From positions 53,444,001 to 53,508,000 of the forward strand of contig OX597824.1 of NCBI GenBank assembly GCA_951406725.2: DNA of 64,000 bases. The letters are read 5' to 3'. The translations under genes were made by a program, and so were the position numbers. Below the pieces are notes generated by a model. The model did not search any database. It had not been told where the DNA came from and saw only the letters and a list, made by a program, of their open reading frames with translations. The stretch is from Octopus vulgaris (Eukaryota). This document shows, one piece after another, positions 51,822-64,000 of this stretch; positions within the stretch are counted from its first letter, which is position 1, and every line of letters starts with the position of its first letter.

Positions 51822-52466
51822 AAGAATTGGGAGAGAGAGATAGAAGAAAGAGAGAGTGAGATTCTGCTCGGGTGATAGTACTAATCCACAATAATATATA
51901 AAAAATAATTCGATATTATTGAGTAGGTGTTGCCGTCTTTTATCTCGCCCAGTTACGCCTCTCAACTCATCACACACACTCATTTGCACGTGTGTTTGTT
52001 TGTATATATTATCCATGTTTGTGTTTGTTTACATGGTGTTGTGTATGCTGTTGTTCCGTCTTGTATATTGCCAAAATGATACAATGAAACGGAAAAATAA
52101 AGTTGATTGAAACCGGTGAAGTTGGTGTCCAATCATAACCACAGTCTAATGACTGAAGTAAAAGAATGAAAGAACAAAATACAATCTTTGATCTCAACAA
52201 CTGTCCTACTAGGTTACATATTCTCCCAAACACCATCATTAAAGAAGGTTTCTGATTTTCAAATTGTACATATAACACAAGAGGAACATGATAGAATCCC
52301 AATGCAACTCCCCTTACATATCTAGGAATCTATACCAAAATACAAATACTTCATTAAGCTAACTGCAATAACTCCTCTAAACACCTAGCTGTTATAAACA
52401 CTTGGTGTACAATCTCCCAGCTTTTCTCAAACCAGCAACCAATTTTCATAACTCACTTGCATACTA

Positions 52467-52534
<68 letters not shown>

Positions 52535-53402
52535 CGAACAAATGATGTCAATAAGAATTTGACCTCAGATGTCAGGTCATCTTTTTCTTCAATTGAAGTG
52601 GAGGGGAAGATGTTTGCAAGACGTTTTATTGATGTTTTCGTTACTAAAATACTGAATCCATCCTTCGCTGATGCAATCATCTATCTAGTTGAACAAAATG
52701 ATGACCACTTTCTCAAACTGAAAGTATCACACACAAATATACAGTGTATTGAGACAAGTAATTTTGAGGTAGGAGAATGTACGCTTGCATGCAATAGTGT
52801 GCTTGCGCGATAACCTGTGTGCGTGCGCGTGTGTGTACGAGAGGGAGACAGAGAGAGACGGGGATAGAAACTGTGTGTGAGAGATTTTGTATGAGTGTGT
52901 AGTAGTTTGTCATCCGTAGCTAAAATAGTTGAATGATATAATCTTGCAAGAAGTGTTATAGAGTAATCTCCCTTTAGTATGTTTCTCGGAAGATTATATT
53001 TTATAAGTAATTTTTAATTATTCAAGAAGCTTCGCGTTTCTCTTGGAAGTTTCTAGAATGTCTAGCGTCCCATTAATAAAAACTGTTTGCTTGCCCTTCT
53101 CTTTGCTTCTTTGTCGATTAGACTCAGAGCCATTCACGTCATTGCTATGTCTATGTTTCTATGCCACAATACTAAAAACCTCTATTTAGCTGTTATTTCT
53201 ACATTTCTGAACTTTCTTGCATAGATCATTTCATTCAATTAGTTTCTACATTTCAATTATATTTCATCGACAACCAGTGAATAAAATGTATTTTATGTAA
53301 TAAATATATAGTTCCTAAATTTATTCTTCTTCTCTGTAAGAATTCTTCTAAGATACATGCAGCATTTCTATACATATATTCACACTACAAGTGTATATAT
53401 GT

Positions 53403-53497
<95 letters not shown>

Positions 53498-53659
53498 TGT
53501 ATATAGACGGATATCTGAGAGATAAATATTTGTAGATAAATGACTGTGTAATAAAATAATGAAAGATGGGTGTGGTTGTGTAGTAAGAAGTCTGCTCCCC
53601 AACCACATGGTTCCGTGTTCAGTCCAACTGCAGGAAGATGACAAGAGAAGGTGAGAAAA

Positions 53660-53706
<47 letters not shown>

Positions 53707-55079
53707 TATAAAGGGAGAGAGAGGGGAACAAAGAGGAAAGAAAGTTGTAGATAAATAGTTTGGAATACAAGAAATAGATTCTTAGAAATTGATTATCAAA
53801 GGAAGCGATATCTCTGTATATGAAATAAATAGTAGACTGCTAACGCCAGACAATGCATACTTATCCCAGGTTCACAAATATAGTAAAAATAATATGAGTT
53901 CAATAGAAATCACGAGAACAAGAATGCTATTTTTACACGGGAATTCTTTACTAAGCTATCCTTCGAAATCAAAAACACTTTTGGAAAGTGGTTGTGTCTG
54001 CTAGAGATACTCAGTCCTTATAATTTGTGATTCTTTCATTGTCCACTTTTCAAAAAATCTTTTATGCATCCACACACACCTTAAATGTATTTTTTAAAAA
54101 TTCCCTCTTACTATAGCTCACTGACACACATGCGCGCGCACGGACACGCACGCAAACACAAGGACATGTATAACTGCGTATTTAAACACATACAAATCTG
54201 CATATTTACATGCACATATACATAACTACACACACTCATACATACCCACACACGCATACATACCACGCACATATATGCGTACATACACACACATACATAT
54301 ACAAATGCACATTCAATGGTACGACGCGACCAGTCCCATGTTAGTGATGTGAAACTGTTCGTTGAATATACGATAGCTATCTTCTTTTTCATCATTAATG
54401 TCGCAACTGCCAGACTTGGTAAACAATTCTTTTGATTATCTTACTGAAGAAACTCGTTATTCAAACTCGTAGCGATATTCGTCTTAAAGTATACAACAAC
54501 GGGAGTATACAACAACGAGGCTGAAAATGACATCATTGAAGAAAAATTGGGGCAAAAAAGGTTAATAAAAAATCGTTTTTAGTGTAGCTGCTGAAGGAAC
54601 GTAATTATAAAACGTATTTTTTTTGTGGTGTTACGAAGTCCATAATAACCTACTTAATTGGTATAAATTAGCAAAGATAGATTCTTCTGTTGGCTATACG
54701 ATCTTGCTAAATTTCTTCCAACTACTTCAAGTTATTCAAATTTTCACCAGATTATTTTCGAAAAAAATATAGTTCTGATGTATTCTATGATGATGACGAA
54801 CATCGCATTCGTTTTCTCTTAATAGTGAAAAAAGTGTTTAAAATTATGTAATTTCAGTCAATCGGCAACCTTCGTTGCTAGATATACTGGACGTCATGAC
54901 TGTTTGTCCCCATGGGAACATCGCATACGAAACCTTTACATGGTCTCGGCCTACTAGAAATAGCAGCAAAATTCTCCTTAAACTACACCATATCATCTAA
55001 AGAAAACAAGAAACACAGAAAGGCCGACACACCGTATTACAGCTAATGTTATATTGGTAGTCCATTGGTATCCGACGAT

Positions 55080-55566
55080 GACAAAGTCTATTCTCAGCGA
55101 GGAGAGTACATGTTCCAGAGCTGGAGGCACACAGGTGCCCTCAGGTGTCACAACGATAGTCTGTTGTCTTGATCGAAGCGAACGCTGTCCTGTGACATCT
55201 GTCTTTTACAGCAGCGAGATGCTTTAGCCAGTCCTCCTCGAAGGCAGCTGCTGCTCCTGAGGCGAGATACCTCCACGCTGATCTGTCTGCAGGAGAGGCT
55301 TCAAGTTTGCGTTGACTAATGCTGCTCCATTTGAGGTTGTTTCTCTAGGTGTCTTTGCACATCAATTTAGGCCTTCCTTGTTTGGCTGAGCCCTGCGTAC
55401 ACAGGTGTCTTTGTGCACAGCTGTCAATTATCCTGATGACGTGGCCAGCCCAGTGTAACTGAGTCTTCAGCAGCATTAACTCAATGATTGTTGAACCAGC
55501 TCTGTCCACCACTTGTTGGCTTGTCACTCTTTCCTGCCAACGAATGCCCATGATCCTGCGCAGTGC
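55080..55566 (-). mobile_element. RTE-clade LINE 3' fragment
   Basis: LRRIMGIRWQERVT..QLHWAGHVIRI..QGRPKLMCKDT. Confidence 0.8.
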
Positions 55567-55569
55567 TAA

Positions 55570-55609
<40 letters not shown>

Positions 55610-55624
55610 TTAGATATACTCAAT

Positions 55625-56440
55625 ATAGAAAACACATAGTAGTGCCAAAAAGAGTTTGAATTTAGACTCCGAATTCTTCGTGCAGAACAAGGCCCGCATT
55701 ATCAAGAGATTATAATAAAAATCCAAATCGGGCTGATATGGAGGTGATAGACGCAGTTACACTTGACGTAGTTATATGAAGCACAAATCTACAGAATAAA
55801 ACATAAAGAAAATATCTAATTTCGACAGCTGTTTCAGGAAGCCCAAAAGTACGTAATAACCCCAATAATCATAATTTACTGATGAAATGTGCAAAAAGTC
55901 ATGGTGTCATGAAGATATTACAATGAGTCCGCCGCTTCTCATCAAGAAAAGATTGGCAAATGCGATTCGTTTAACAAAAACAAATGGTCAAAGAGCGAAG
56001 GGGAAGCAGAGCATGAACAAGAGTGAGAGAAAGAGGAAGTAGAACTTCTACAACATAAGAAGAAAGGAAGAAGAATAGAAAGGAAGATACAGAGAAAAGA
56101 GAGAAGAGGAGAAGGTAAAGTTAAGATTAGCCTAACGAAAGCAAATGTAACGGATAGTGAAATTAATGTTAGCCAATGAGGGATAGAAGGTGGATTTTTT
56201 TAAGTTATAGTAATCCTTATCCTTGGAGTGGTGAGAAGTATTTGATTTGTAGTAGAAGAAAGCTTTCCATCTCATTCGCGCAATACAGTCATTAGTTTTC
56301 TGTAATAGTAGTTCCATGTAAAGATCCCTGTATGGAATTGGCATGTCCTTAGTAGAGGAACCCAAAAATTACTTACCTATATCAAGAGTAACCTATAAGC
56401 AGCACTCAGCCGAACAGAGACAGACAATAATATAGAAAAC
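55625..56440 (-). mobile_element. Internally deleted PLE: ORF N-terminus, pyrimidine tract, pLTR with hammerhead-like motif
   Basis: STKDMPIPYRDLYMELLLQKTNDCIARMRWKAFFY is a typical Penelope ORF N-terminus. Minus strand 55820-55949 reads TTTC-TTGATGA-GAAGC..GCTTC-CT-GAAA-CAGCTG-TC-GAAA. Confidence 0.7.
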
Positions 56441-57404
56441 ACACACACACACACACACACACATTTAGATGCTAATAAATTATAGTGAGTGAACTGATAT
56501 AAGTTTGTTGTGATATATTCTGCTAAACAGTGTCATGTATCTTGTAGTAATTAGGGAAATTTTAATTTCAAATATTTAATAACTTCATGCCTTTTCGAAG
56601 AAGGCAACAAGGAGAAATTATATACCTTTTGAACACGGTCTAAAATTAGTCTTATACCTAAATACACAAGAAAGTAAAATAGATAAGAACAGAAGAGGAA
56701 AGCATGGGCTGATGTAACTATGTTGTTGCTGCTGTTGTTAGCATATTCTGGTCTATTGGATGGAGAAAGTGAACTTGATGTATGTGTAGCTTTGATATAA
56801 ATCCAATTAAACCACGACCAATGTCTGGGTCAACAGCCGCAATCATTTACATAGCTATATTGATGGATATGTTCATAGTGCTTGTTTTAAATATTATCCA
56901 ATTAATCTTGTTATCAGCTTGTTCACTCTTAAAGAGATATAAAGCAAGGTTTTAATTTGATCTAGTCATACTTAATATAATTTCATTTCAATTTGGCTTG
57001 CACTCAACTACGAGCATCACCTTTATATGTATATGTGTGCTTGTTTATCTGTCTATCTATCTATTTGTTTGTATGTCTGTCTGCCTGTCTGCCTGTCTGC
57101 TTGTCTGCCTGTCTGTCGCCTGCCTGCCTGCCTGCCTGTTTGTCTGTCTGTCTATCTATCTATACAGAGGACGCTAATAAATTTGTACTGGTTCCTCCCT
57201 CAACATTCTTGCGGATTCTAGCTAGCAGAGTGTATATAAGGAGACGGTTTACCTTAAAGAAAATCGTCCATACAAACTGAAATTCCAGGATTAATATATT
57301 AGTTGCAGAATATAATTCATTAAGTCGAAAACTTTTCTTCGAACCTTTGTCTAATGAGATGTTCATGGTTTCCATCTATATGTTGTAATATTACAAATTC
57401 ATTT

Positions 57405-57555
57405 AAGGCTGAGAGCTAGCAGAATCGTTAGCACACCAGACAAGATGCTTAGCGGAATTTCGTCTGTTTGTATGTTTTCAGTTCAAATTCTGCCGTGGTC
57501 GACTTTGCCTTTCATGGGTCGATAAAATAAATACTAGTCAAGCACTGGAGCGATG
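57405..57555 (+). mobile_element. SINE family B
   Basis: AAGGCTGAGAGCTAGCAGAATCGTTAGCAC..GTCGACTTTGCCTTTCAT..GTCGATAAAATAA. Confidence 0.82.
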
Positions 57556-57568
57556 TATGTGTGTGTGC

Positions 57569-57640
<72 letters not shown>

Positions 57641-57642
<2 letters not shown>

Positions 57643-58132
57643 TAATCAAAATATACAGAATCATACATCCATTTAGCCAATCTTACCAATCGGTTTTGCG
57701 CTGAGTGTTAGACACTCGAATATTAGATAACAGAATGAAACAATGTCACGAAAGTCAAATTCGCGAGGAGCTTATCAAAAGTTGATTTCCTTGTTCCCAA
57801 AGTATCTGAGATAGTTGTTATGCAACAAGTCTTGCGGTGAAAATATATGCAGGTAGAAGGTTTAAGGAGTCTAGGTTTAATGTGTCTAGGGTTCGTATAT
57901 GTGTATTCCTCCTGCGACTTCGTTTCCTCTTTTTTCACAGCACATACAAACCGGACATTTTTTTTCACCGCTCATAACAGAGAGCAGACGCCATAGTTTT
58001 CCATACCTGCCATCTTTGAAGAGTACGTGGTGTTAGTTGACCGAGATGTTATTTAATATCCAATTATCCAATACGAAACCGATTGGTAAGATCGGTTGAA
58101 ATGGATCTATAATACTGTATACTTTGTTTAAT
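57641..58132. mobile_element. MITE-like element with ~55-bp imperfect TIRs
   Basis: ATACAG..ATCCATTT..ATCTTACCAATCGGTTT pairs with AAACCGATTGGTAAGAT..AAATGGAT..CTGTAT; non-coding interior. Confidence 0.7.
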
Positions 58133-58235
58133 ATACCCACAATATTGACAAATATACTAGTTTATATTTATTCTGACTTATGGACTTTATATATGTGCGT
58201 GTATGTGTAGGTGGGTATGTGGGTATGCATGTATG

Positions 58236-58316
<81 letters not shown>

Positions 58317-58321
58317 GGATG

Positions 58322-58419
<98 letters not shown>

Positions 58420-58579
58420 CAAGTACTCTGGTAATTGTATAAATAGGTTGATGGACTATAGATAGGTAGATGTATACAAAAACAAAAGTAGCCATAGATA
58501 TGCATATAGATAGAGCTAGATTGGTGGAATGTGTAAGGCGTTGCGCATGACAAGTGCTCGAATGCATTGTGTATTGTCT

Positions 58580-59200
58580 GATGCTTGGTGAAAAATACTC
58601 AATGTAAAATGTTAGATGCTAGGTGTCAATGTGTGGTGTCTACAATCTTGTTCCAATGCGCAGTTGTTAGCATATTATAATCTCTGGGCACTGCATTTGT
58701 AGATTCATCAATGGTCCATAAATATCTTCATTGAGCTATAATTTTCTTACCATATTGACATCAAATATAGCCCTGACATCAACAGAATACGTTTTTATTT
58801 CGTTTCCAAACAGCAATATTAGGCCAGTTGCTTTTGTATTCCTAAATTTCCCCCTATTCTTTTGATTCATCACTCTCGATCTGTTCGTCTGTATTGACTG
58901 TTATTCTTTTCTTATTATACCCCACATCGCTCTGGCTACTGCCTCGTGCCTCATAGGAAGGAAGTATCTGGAGGACACACACTCACATTTGGCAATGATG
59001 AGGCCAATATTTTCGATTTTGGCTTTGCATAACCAAAATTTGTTGTCCGCTAATACTTTTCGTCTTGAGTGTAAAAGTTATTGGTGGGATCTTTTGCTCC
59101 AGGATCGCATGGAGGTAACCTTCTAAATGAGATGTTATAAGGTTGTCAGTGCTCCATACCAGGCTTTTAGAATCAGGCCTCAGAACAAATTGAAATGCAG
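58580..59200 (-). mobile_element. Second degenerate RLE-type LINE fragment
   Basis: WSTDNLITSHLEGYLHAILEQKI, RHEAVARAMW (post zinc knuckle), NWPNIAVW, EDIYGPL; similar to 5059-5385. Confidence 0.7.
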
Positions 59201-59991
59201 ACACCGAATCTATCAGCATTAGTACTTTAATAATGGACATCACGTGACAAATTTTACATCGCTTAGATGTAGTTATTATGATGAATATAATCACATGAAT
59301 ACAAATCAACGGTACTTAATGGCTAAAATGACACTAAATGACATTTAGTAGTCAATGTAAACACTAAGAACCCGCTAAAAGACCAGAGATTCAGCTAGCA
59401 AGCTAAGCGCATTTAAAAAGCCGCTTCTTCATTTGGTAATTATTGACAGAATAAAAAAGAAGGATAACGAACAGAAAGAAACTAGGAACCTAAAATACAA
59501 TTAAAATATTGATGAAGCTTTTTATTGCTAAATAAATTAAATAGATCACTCTCTTACAGAATGACAAACCAATAAACTCTAATGAGAAAACATTAAATGC
59601 TATGTCAAGCATAGTCTTTAAGCAAACATTATATTCGCTGTAAAGATCAGACGAACTAAAAGCAATATGTGTGTATGTATGTATGTATGTATGTATGTAT
59701 GTATGTATGTATGTATGTATGTTTGTATGTGTGTATGTATGTATGCACGCATGTATGTACACAGTATCGTAACTCGATGACGTGGTGATAGTACGTGGAC
59801 CGCGAGAATATGACAGCTTAAGAAATTTAGAATCCAAAAGGATTTTTTTATTGAAATTCATGGAAATTTTGGTGATTATATTCACACGCAGCTGTGAATA
59901 TAATGTGTGAATGTGCGCGTATGTGCGTGCGTGCGTGTAAGATGAGGGAGTTCAAAGAAAAATAAGAGTAGTCTGTCGTTTAAATTCATCA

Positions 59992-60795
<804 letters not shown>

Positions 60796-61333
60796 AGTTG
60801 GACATGAAACACGTCCGTTCTGAGAAAAGGCAATGACAAAATGGGGAAAATAAAATTAACGTTGTGACCTGATTCTATCGGACATGTGATGTGATTGTGT
60901 GTAGATGAAAACGAGATATAAAATGAGTGGATAAGTGAATACGAGTGTTCGTAGCAAATTGGTCATTGGATGTTGCAGAATGTTCATACTGACCAGTTCA
61001 GTTCAAAAACGATTAATATTCAACTTTGCCTAAGTTAACGCATGCTGAGTCTCGGTCTGTCCAGCTATCTGTAGCTGTATTCAACTGTTCTTTGCCTGTT
61101 GTTTGTTATTCTTTTTATAAACCATATTTAACTTAATCAAAGCTTGATTGATTTTCAATCAACGATTTTGCATTCGTTAGAATTTTTGCCGACGACTGTA
61201 AAAGAATTTGAGGTATAGTTGTTGGACACCGTCCGTTAGATTTTTCACGACGTCACTCAATTTGAAAGATTCTGTTTTACTGCTTACAAAAATTTTCTAA
61301 ATGTAAAAAGAAAGAATTCAAGTTTAAATTGAG

Positions 61334-61406
<73 letters not shown>

Positions 61407-61418
61407 GTGTGTGTGTGA

Positions 61419-61474
<56 letters not shown>

Positions 61475-61644
61475 TTTGAATTTACACTCCACAGGGTAAA
61501 GAGTCGCTATAAGAGGAATCCAGGTGAGTACATATAGAGACCATGATACAAATAAACAAATAAAACTACTTGGCCTAATTATAAACGTAAATGTGCGTGT
61601 GTGTGTGTGTGTGTGTGTGAGTACGACATAAATACAAAATAGAA

Positions 61645-61952
61645 GTGAAGGCTTAGGATATTCGGTTCACGATCAAAGGTCGTGAGTTCAATTCCTGGAG
61701 ACGCGTGTTGTGTCCTTGAGTATGATATTTTATTTCACGTTGCTCCAGTCCACTCAGCTGGGAAAAATGAGTAGTACTTGTATTTCAAAGGGCCGGCCTT
61801 GTGGCATTTTGAGTTATGCTGAATCTCCCTGGGAACTATGTTAAGGGCACACGTGTCTATGGAGTGCCCAGCTACTTGCTAATTTCACGAGCAGGCTGTT
61901 CCGTTGATCGGATCAACTGGAACCCTCGTCGTCACAACCAACGGAGTGCCAG
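61645..61952 (+). mobile_element. tRNA-derived SINE, family D (CORE-like)
   Basis: GGTCGTGAGTTCAATTCCTGG B box, followed by TTGTGTCCTTGAG..TTGCTCCAGTCCACTCAGCTG..AAATGAGT. Confidence 0.7.
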
Positions 61953-62756
61953 TTTACAAAACAGAGGAAAAGAAAGAAGTATGAACTGTCGAGAGAATGT
62001 GAGACATGGAATCATTTAGACAGTGTCTAGTTCTCTAGTAGATTGGCTATATCTCTCATTATTTGTAGTTATTCGGTCAAAGAAAGAAGCCTCATAATAC
62101 AATTCAAAGATTTAGCACCATTAGGAAACACCAACCAATGAGATATCTAGTAAAGATACATCAGCTGAATCTTTGATCATGCTTTTGAGTCACTCCTAAT
62201 AACTAAACTCTTCATCGGGTTAATGACGTCATCATCATTAATTTGACAGAGTAGTGAGATGTGGTTAGCGACATTATAAAAAGTATTAAGTCGTTACATA
62301 TACATGGACATACGTGCGCACAAATATAAAACGATAGACAGACTGGCTGAGAATTGAACCGATCGATAGACTTGATGATTATCCATCAAATTCGATTATG
62401 ACCATCTTTCCTTTTAATTACCCTTTGATTACTTCTTAATGAGCAGCAGCAACAGAATTCGCAGACGTCCTAAAACTCGCTGACTGCGAGCACTTACGTA
62501 TCATTATCCTTATTGTGGCTGAGAAAGATTCAATGACATGCGTAACCCACGATAACTGTTACTTCACCCACTCACCCCAAGCGGATACCTCCCCTCAGCT
62601 AGTACTGCCTCCTAACTGATACCACATCCCAGTTGTAAATCCAATATATCGGAAACTGCCTTAACAGTTTGTTGGGGTTTTTTTTCTTTCGGTGAGTAAT
62701 TTCATGGCCTTTGTCTTTCAGGACTCACAGATAGGTCGGCCATAGCCAAAGAGCCC

Positions 62757-62899
<143 letters not shown>

Positions 62900-62915
62900 C
62901 TATCTTATCTATCTA

Positions 62916-62962
<47 letters not shown>

Positions 62963-63789
62963 TGTTTTGACAAGAATTAGGACTCAGTCACTCTCAAAGT
63001 AGTCTTTTACCATCTCGTTCTGCTGGAGATAAGGTAGAGCAACTGTTGTGCTTATGACGCCTATTAAGGTAGAAACACGCGTCTACAACTGTACTTTTGT
63101 CTCCAGATAATCAGTCATTTCCTTAATGGTACGTCAATTTTGGAGAAATTCTTTGTTAGATTAGATCTCTTCATTTGGAGTCACCAAATGATTATTCTAT
63201 CTTCTCTGGAAGCGGAGATAATTTCAATCAATCAAGAATTTAACTTGCATGGTATTTAATATATCTTTATTGTTGAAACACATGTCACTTCACACGCTGA
63301 ATTATTTTTTCTAGGCTCATTTCCGTTCCATGCACAGACACACACACGCGCGCGCGCGCGCGTGCATACACACATACAATCAAAAGTCCGGGAAAAAGAG
63401 AACATTCATGGTGAATTAATGCGGAACTTACTGCTCTTGTACCCTGACTATGAATTCTCATGTGCACCTATCATCATAGGTGCATTAGGTTAGGTACCAA
63501 GAAATTTACACAAATACCTAGAAATATTCGGTTTCACGAAAGAGCAAAAGAACCTGACACTGATTCTTGAAATCCAACCGCTTAGAGGCACAGTGAAGAT
63601 TTGTTTGGCATCTCAAAAATTCTCCATCCGAGATGCACACACTTGGGGGAATGCATTGACAGTTCAACCAACACAACAACTCAATCACATATTTACAAAC
63701 ACCAGAAACTCTCTTTACTCAAAATGTCTTTATGCTTTGTTAGCAACCGGTTTGAACTCTCTCAAGAACTTAAATAAAGCAAAAAGAAA

Positions 63790-63820
<31 letters not shown>

Positions 63821-63938
63821 AATTCATACATACATATCCCACACACACACACACATGCGCGCGCGCATATGTGTGTGTGTGTGTATACATGGATGTGTCT
63901 ATGTATGTATATGTGTGCGTGTGTGTGTAGAGAGAGAG

Positions 63939-63979
<41 letters not shown>

Positions 63980-64000
63980 TAGATAGATAGATAGATAGAT

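Noticed and set aside
52457-52813. 118-aa ORF after (GAAA)n
   Set aside because: Starts in a microsatellite; no recognisable family or exon boundaries.

Overview
Eukaryotic, AT-rich, microsatellite-saturated intergenic or intronic DNA. The SINE repertoire and repeat landscape suggest a cephalopod (Octopus-like) genome; this is an inference. No host protein-coding exon can be supported. The window is a mosaic of transposons: the 5' half of an L1/Tx1 LINE (ORF1 plus frameshifted APE-RT ORF2), two restriction-like-endonuclease (RLE) LINE remnants, RTE and CR1-type LINEs (one with an intact RT), at least five Penelope-like elements (PLEs), a Tc1 element, a Chapaev3-like element, a non-autonomous Helitron, MITEs, tRNA-derived SINEs and tRNA pseudogenes. 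The main finding is a near-perfect head-to-tail array of a 508-bp non-coding unit (42466-43885). Each unit carries a complete type I hammerhead ribozyme, the architecture of a non-LTR retrozyme that could yield a 508-nt circular RNA. It sits next to a Penelope element that has its own hammerheads. Six further hammerhead-like motifs mark PLE termini. Other observations: apparent microsatellite-targeted LINE insertion, a LINE ORF1 fragment inside a Helitron, and a fold-back element with tRNA-like arms.
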